Below are positions 60,744 through 64,000 of a DNA stretch of 64,000 bases, in pieces. How positions within the stretch are numbered: position 1 is the stretch's first letter; each line of letters opens with the position of its first letter. Position numbers and translations under genes: made by a program. The notes below the pieces were generated by a model. It worked only from the letters and a program-made list of their open reading frames with translations, was not told the DNA's origin and did not search any database. Source of the stretch: Chitinophagales bacterium (lineage in GTDB: Bacteria > Bacteroidota > Bacteroidia > Chitinophagales > JADJOU01); contig JBIPPB010000003.1 of assembly GCA_044368655.1 (NCBI GenBank), positions 2,067 to 66,066 on the forward strand. Reading direction: 5' to 3'.

Positions 60744-61580
60744 ATGAGTACAATTACAGCACAAGATGTAAAAAAATTGAGAGATACTACCGGAGCCGGT
60801 ATGATGGATTGTAAAAAAGCGTTGACGGAATCTAATGGTGATTTTGATGCCGCAGTGGATTACTTGAGAAAAAAAGGAGCTAAAGTTGCGGAATTAAGAG
60901 CAGGTAGAGATGCTAATGAAGGTGTAGTTTATATTTTAACAAATAGCGCAAACAACTTCGGAATTATGGTTCAAGTAGGTTGTGAAACAGATTTCGTGGC
61001 TAAAAATGAATCATTTATTGAGTTTGTTAAATCTATCGCTACATTGGCTTTAGATAACAAAATCAAAACCACTGAAGATTTATTAGCTTCGGATTTAAAC
61101 GGTGTTTCAGTAACGGAGCGTATCAATGAAAAAGTAGGTTCGATTGGTGAAAATATTTCAATCCAAAGTTATCATGCTATCGAAGGTACTTATATCGCTA
61201 CGTATAATCATAATTTTAGAGCGGGTGTAATGGTCGCTTTAAATATGGACGGTAATGATACGGTTGCAGGTATTGGTAAAGACTTAGCTATGCAAATTGC
61301 AGCAATGAAACCCGTAGCTATTGACGAAACAAGTGTAAGTCAAGAGCAAAAAGATCGTGAAAAAGCAATTGCTAGAGATAAAGCGGCTGCTGAAGGTAAA
61401 CCTGAAAATATTTTAGATAAAATTGCAGAAGGCGCATTAACTAAATTCTACAAAGAGTTTACGCTTTTAAATCAAGATTATATCAAAGATACGAAAAAAA
61501 CAATTGCACAAGTTTTAAAAGAAACCAATGCAGATTTAAAAGTAACTTCTTTTGTTAGAACCGAATTAGGAACGAAATAA
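60744..61580 (+). CDS. tsf: Elongation factor Ts
   Basis: VKKLR..TGAGMMDCKKAL, CETDFVA, AMQIAAM.P. Confidence 0.98.
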   Translation: MSTITAQDVKKLRDTTGAGMMDCKKALTESNGDFDAAVDYLRKKGAKVAELRAGRDANEGVVYILTNSANNFGIMVQVGCETDFVAKNESFIEFVKSIATLALDNKIKTTEDLLASDLNGVSVTERINEKVGSIGENISIQSYHAIEGTYIATYNHNFRAGVMVALNMDGNDTVAGIGKDLAMQIAAMKPVAIDETSVSQEQKDREKAIARDKAAAEGKPENILDKIAEGALTKFYKEFTLLNQDYIKDTKKTIAQVLKETNADLKVTSFVRTELGTK

Positions 61581-61602
61581 TAAAAATAACTTTTTTTATA
61601 CT

Positions 61603-61630
61603 AAAGCCCGCAGTAATGCGGGCTTTTTTT
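61603..61630 (+). terminator. Terminator after tsf
   Basis: AAAGCCCGCA-gtaa-TGCGGGCTTT followed by a T-run. Confidence 0.93.
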
Positions 61631-61675
61631 GTTTAATTAATTTTAAGTAGCAAATATTTTAAATGCAATTTTATC

Positions 61676-61705
61676 TTGATTTTTTTGAAAAAATTGCTAT
61701 ATTTG
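61676..61705 (+). promoter_or_regulatory. Promoter heading the cassette-like region
   Basis: TTG (61676-78), 19-nt spacer, TATATTTG (61698-61705). Confidence 0.75.
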
Positions 61706-61790
61706 TTCCTATATAAAGTTGATATCTGACAGCTTTAGCAACGGCATATATAAATCAAAATTATTATCTAATTTAAGTAAACCAAATTTT

Positions 61791-62333
61791 ATGAAAAAAA
61801 TATTATTATTATTATTATTACTATCTGTAACTTGCATTGTAAACAGTATATATGGACAAAAAGATGAAAAGCTTGACACTATAATTAAGTTAAATGACGA
61901 AATTATTACTTGCAAAGTTACTAGCATAACTGAGAAAGAAGTAATTTACTCATTTCAAGGTGAAACTTTATCAAACTCTTTATCAAAAAATCAAATTAAA
62001 GAAATTCATTTAAGCAATGAAAGGGTTCAAAAGTTTTCAGAGCTAATTATTATAAAAGGAGAAGAAGATTGGGAAAAGGTTCAAATTACAAACATTGAAT
62101 CTGAAATATCAGGATTAGTTAAAAAAGGTGATGTTGCAGGAAAGGCAAATGCTGCAACCATATTTAGTTCAGTTGATGATATGAAACTCAAAGCAGAGAT
62201 GAAAATGAAGAAACATGCCGCTTCTATGGGCGCTCATATTATATTTATAAAATCAACTAATTCAACTCAAGCCGCTTATGGAATGAACACTGCAAAGGCA
62301 AATATAAGTGGTGTTGCTTTTGGTTATAAGTAA
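61791..62333 (+). CDS. Exported hypothetical protein (putative cassette gene 1)
   Basis: MKKILLLLLLL signal peptide at ATG 61791 (ORF track start 61719 is upstream of it); DTII..N...I.CKV..I N-domain; K.KK.AA.MGA.II C-domain. Confidence 0.8.
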   Translation: MKKILLLLLLLSVTCIVNSIYGQKDEKLDTIIKLNDEIITCKVTSITEKEVIYSFQGETLSNSLSKNQIKEIHLSNERVQKFSELIIIKGEEDWEKVQITNIESEISGLVKKGDVAGKANAATIFSSVDDMKLKAEMKMKKHAASMGAHIIFIKSTNSTQAAYGMNTAKANISGVAFGYK

Positions 62334-62353
62334 AGTAAGAAAGTTAAGAAAAT

Positions 62354-62495
62354 GCCGTCAGATATATACCGTATTTCTGAAAGTCGGGGTGACCGTATTT
62401 ATGTAAAAGTAATTAATATGTGAAAAATTGTGCCTTCTATTATATCTTTGTTTGGCGAAACTCGACCTTCAAAGAAATACGCGGGGAAGTTAGCC
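62354..62495 (+). mobile_element. attC-like imperfect palindrome (putative gene-cassette recombination site)
   Basis: Arms CGTATTTCTGAAAGTCGGGGT (62370-90) and ACTCGACCTTCAAAGAAATACG (62460-81); ends in GTTAGCC; left end is complementary to the GTT junction at 61718. Confidence 0.6.
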
Positions 62496-62541
62496 ATCAA
62501 TACAATAACGATATATTAAATATTCAAAAAATAAATAAAAT

Positions 62542-63147
62542 ATGAAATCAAAATTAAATATACTTTCGACGTTCTTTGTGGCGACATTTCTATTAAGTTT
62601 CGTTACAAAAAATGAAATTGGACAATGCTATATTTCATTTGATACTGCAACAAATTTGATAGTAACAGACCCTGACAGGCTCCCTGAAGCTTCTGAAAAA
62701 GTTAGAACTGTAATAACGGATAACGGAGAAATAGAAGTTACTCGAATTGACGGCTATAGAGTTTTATATAACAATGAAAATAAAGTGCCTTTTGTTGATT
62801 TGAAAATTGAACTATCAGAAGAAAAATCCTACGAAAAAGACAAACAAAATCTTCTAGAAAATTTGAAATATATAAATTCAAATTCACAGAATATGGAAAC
62901 TAAAGACTTAATCAAACTTGAATTTAATGGGTATAAAATTTATGGGTTTAGTAGAACGACAATTGAAAAAGGAAGTATATTGGTTACGTTTGTTATGTTT
63001 CCAGGTAATGGGGTAACAGTTTATTTCTATTTTAACAATATGAAACAAGAATTCAGAAATTTTGAAAGCGTTGACGATTACAAAAAACAACGCGATAGAT
63101 TTATAATCGAATATACTAATCATTTAAAAACGTGTAAAGACAAATAA
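62542..63147 (+). CDS. Exported hypothetical protein (putative cassette gene 2)
   Basis: N-terminal signal-like segment; starts 53 nt after the GTT of the attC-like site. Confidence 0.75.
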   Translation: MKSKLNILSTFFVATFLLSFVTKNEIGQCYISFDTATNLIVTDPDRLPEASEKVRTVITDNGEIEVTRIDGYRVLYNNENKVPFVDLKIELSEEKSYEKDKQNLLENLKYINSNSQNMETKDLIKLEFNGYKIYGFSRTTIEKGSILVTFVMFPGNGVTVYFYFNNMKQEFRNFESVDDYKKQRDRFIIEYTNHLKTCKDK

Positions 63148-63228
63148 GTTTATACGTCTTAGCTCGCACCTCAATAACCGAAATATTTTAATTAATATAT
63201 TTTAATATACGTTGTAACTAAAAAAAAA

Positions 63229-63260
63229 GTTCTTGATATGGGAACATTTTTGTAATTTTG
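63229..63260 (+). promoter_or_regulatory. higBA promoter with palindromic operator
   Basis: GTTCTTGATATGGGAAC imperfect palindrome (63229-45) just upstream of TAATTTTG (63253-60). Confidence 0.65.
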
Positions 63261-63278
63261 CAAAAATATTAATAGCGC

Positions 63279-63575
63279 GTGGAACGAATTTTTTCTAAAA
63301 GTACATTAAGAGCATTTTGGGAAATTCATGCGGAAGCTGAGCAATATTTAAAAACGTGGTACGAAACGGTGAAAAATGCTGATTGGAAAACACCAACAGA
63401 TGTAAAGCAGACGTATGCAAATGCAAGTATTTTAAAAAATAACCGTATCGTATTTAATATAAAAGGAAATTCTTATAGATTAATTGCGAAGTTTAATTTT
63501 GAAAAACAATGGTTATTTATAAGATTTATCGGAACTCACAATGAATATGATAAAATTGATGCAAACACAATTTAA
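63279..63575 (+). CDS. higB: Type II toxin HigB
   Basis: RI.S..TL..FW..H, L..WY, VFNIKGN.YRLI, RFIGTH.EYDKI. Confidence 0.93.
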   Translation: MERIFSKSTLRAFWEIHAEAEQYLKTWYETVKNADWKTPTDVKQTYANASILKNNRIVFNIKGNSYRLIAKFNFEKQWLFIRFIGTHNEYDKIDANTI

Positions 63576-63586
63576 AAATTATTGAA

Positions 63587-63955
63587 ATGAATATTAAACT
63601 CATAAAAACAGAAGCGGATTACCGCAACGCATTAGAAAGATTAGACGAAATTTTCGATGCAAAAATTGGAACACACGAAAGTGATGAAGCCGATATATTA
63701 GCCTTGTTGATAGATGCGTATGAGAAAAAAAATTATGCGATTGAGTCACCTGACCCTATAGAAGCCATAAAAATTAGAATGGAAGAAATGGAACTAAAAC
63801 AACTTGATTTAGTTGATATTATTGGAGGGAAGAGCCGTGTATCTGAAGTATTAAATAAAAAAAGAAAACTTACCGTAGAAATGATTCGAAATCTGAAAAA
63901 TCGTTTAAATTTGTCAACGGATATTTTAATTACAGATTATAAATTAATAAGATAA
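63587..63955 (+). CDS. higA: Type II antitoxin HigA
   Basis: IKTEADY..AL, PDPIEAIK.RME, SRVSEVLN.KR.LT..MIR helix-turn-helix. Confidence 0.93.
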   Translation: MNIKLIKTEADYRNALERLDEIFDAKIGTHESDEADILALLIDAYEKKNYAIESPDPIEAIKIRMEEMELKQLDLVDIIGGKSRVSEVLNKKRKLTVEMIRNLKNRLNLSTDILITDYKLIR

Positions 63956-64000
63956 AAAAATAGGGACTCTAATAGTCGTTTCTATTTAATTCCTTTTTCT

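Noticed and set aside
61709-61927. 72-aa minus-strand ORF and the 61719 start of the plus ORF
   Set aside because: The minus ORF is a shadow; the plus start falls on the GTT junction, and the signal peptide begins at ATG 61791.
1-64000. CRISPR array, prophage, IS transposase, integrase or rRNA
   Set aside because: No regularly spaced repeat-spacer array or recognisable genes of these kinds were seen.

Overview
AT-rich chromosomal segment of a Bacteroidota bacterium. The assignment rests on TAnnTTTG promoters in most intergenic gaps, two S8 proteases with T9SS-type C-termini, a PorP/SprF gene and a TonB receptor/lipoprotein pair. It is mostly core genome: pnp, a photolyase cluster, kdsC, uvrD/pcrA, dut-TPR-DUF4292-envC, nadE, sucD, MoxR-SurA, pyrG, truA, rsmF, four tRNAs (Leu-TAA, Gly-GCC, Cys-GCA, Ser-GGA), mrdA-rodA, metF, a thiolase, pyrR-pyrB, folD, recJ, tatA, hpt, clpP, pth, mpl and rplM-rpsI-rpsB-tsf, ending in a higBA toxin-antitoxin pair. 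I saw no CRISPR array, integrase, transposase or prophage. Most notable: (1) after tsf, an integrase-less, integron-like gene-cassette structure whose attC-like hairpin contains its own Bacteroidota promoter motif; (2) an HxlR-family regulator with a long acidic tail ending in a perfect beta-clamp-binding motif, QLSLF; (3) an operon with three different photolyase types, including one with inverted domain order and one (6-4) type lacking Fe-S cysteines, plus a small DUF2256 gene missing from the ORF track; (4) an inverted pair of CGTC-tagged REP-like hairpins; (5) an 11-bp-phased Pho-box-like array upstream of the TonB receptor; (6) relics of a receiver-domain gene and a tRNA-linked GIY-YIG gene. 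All family calls come from recognising motifs by eye; no database searches were run.
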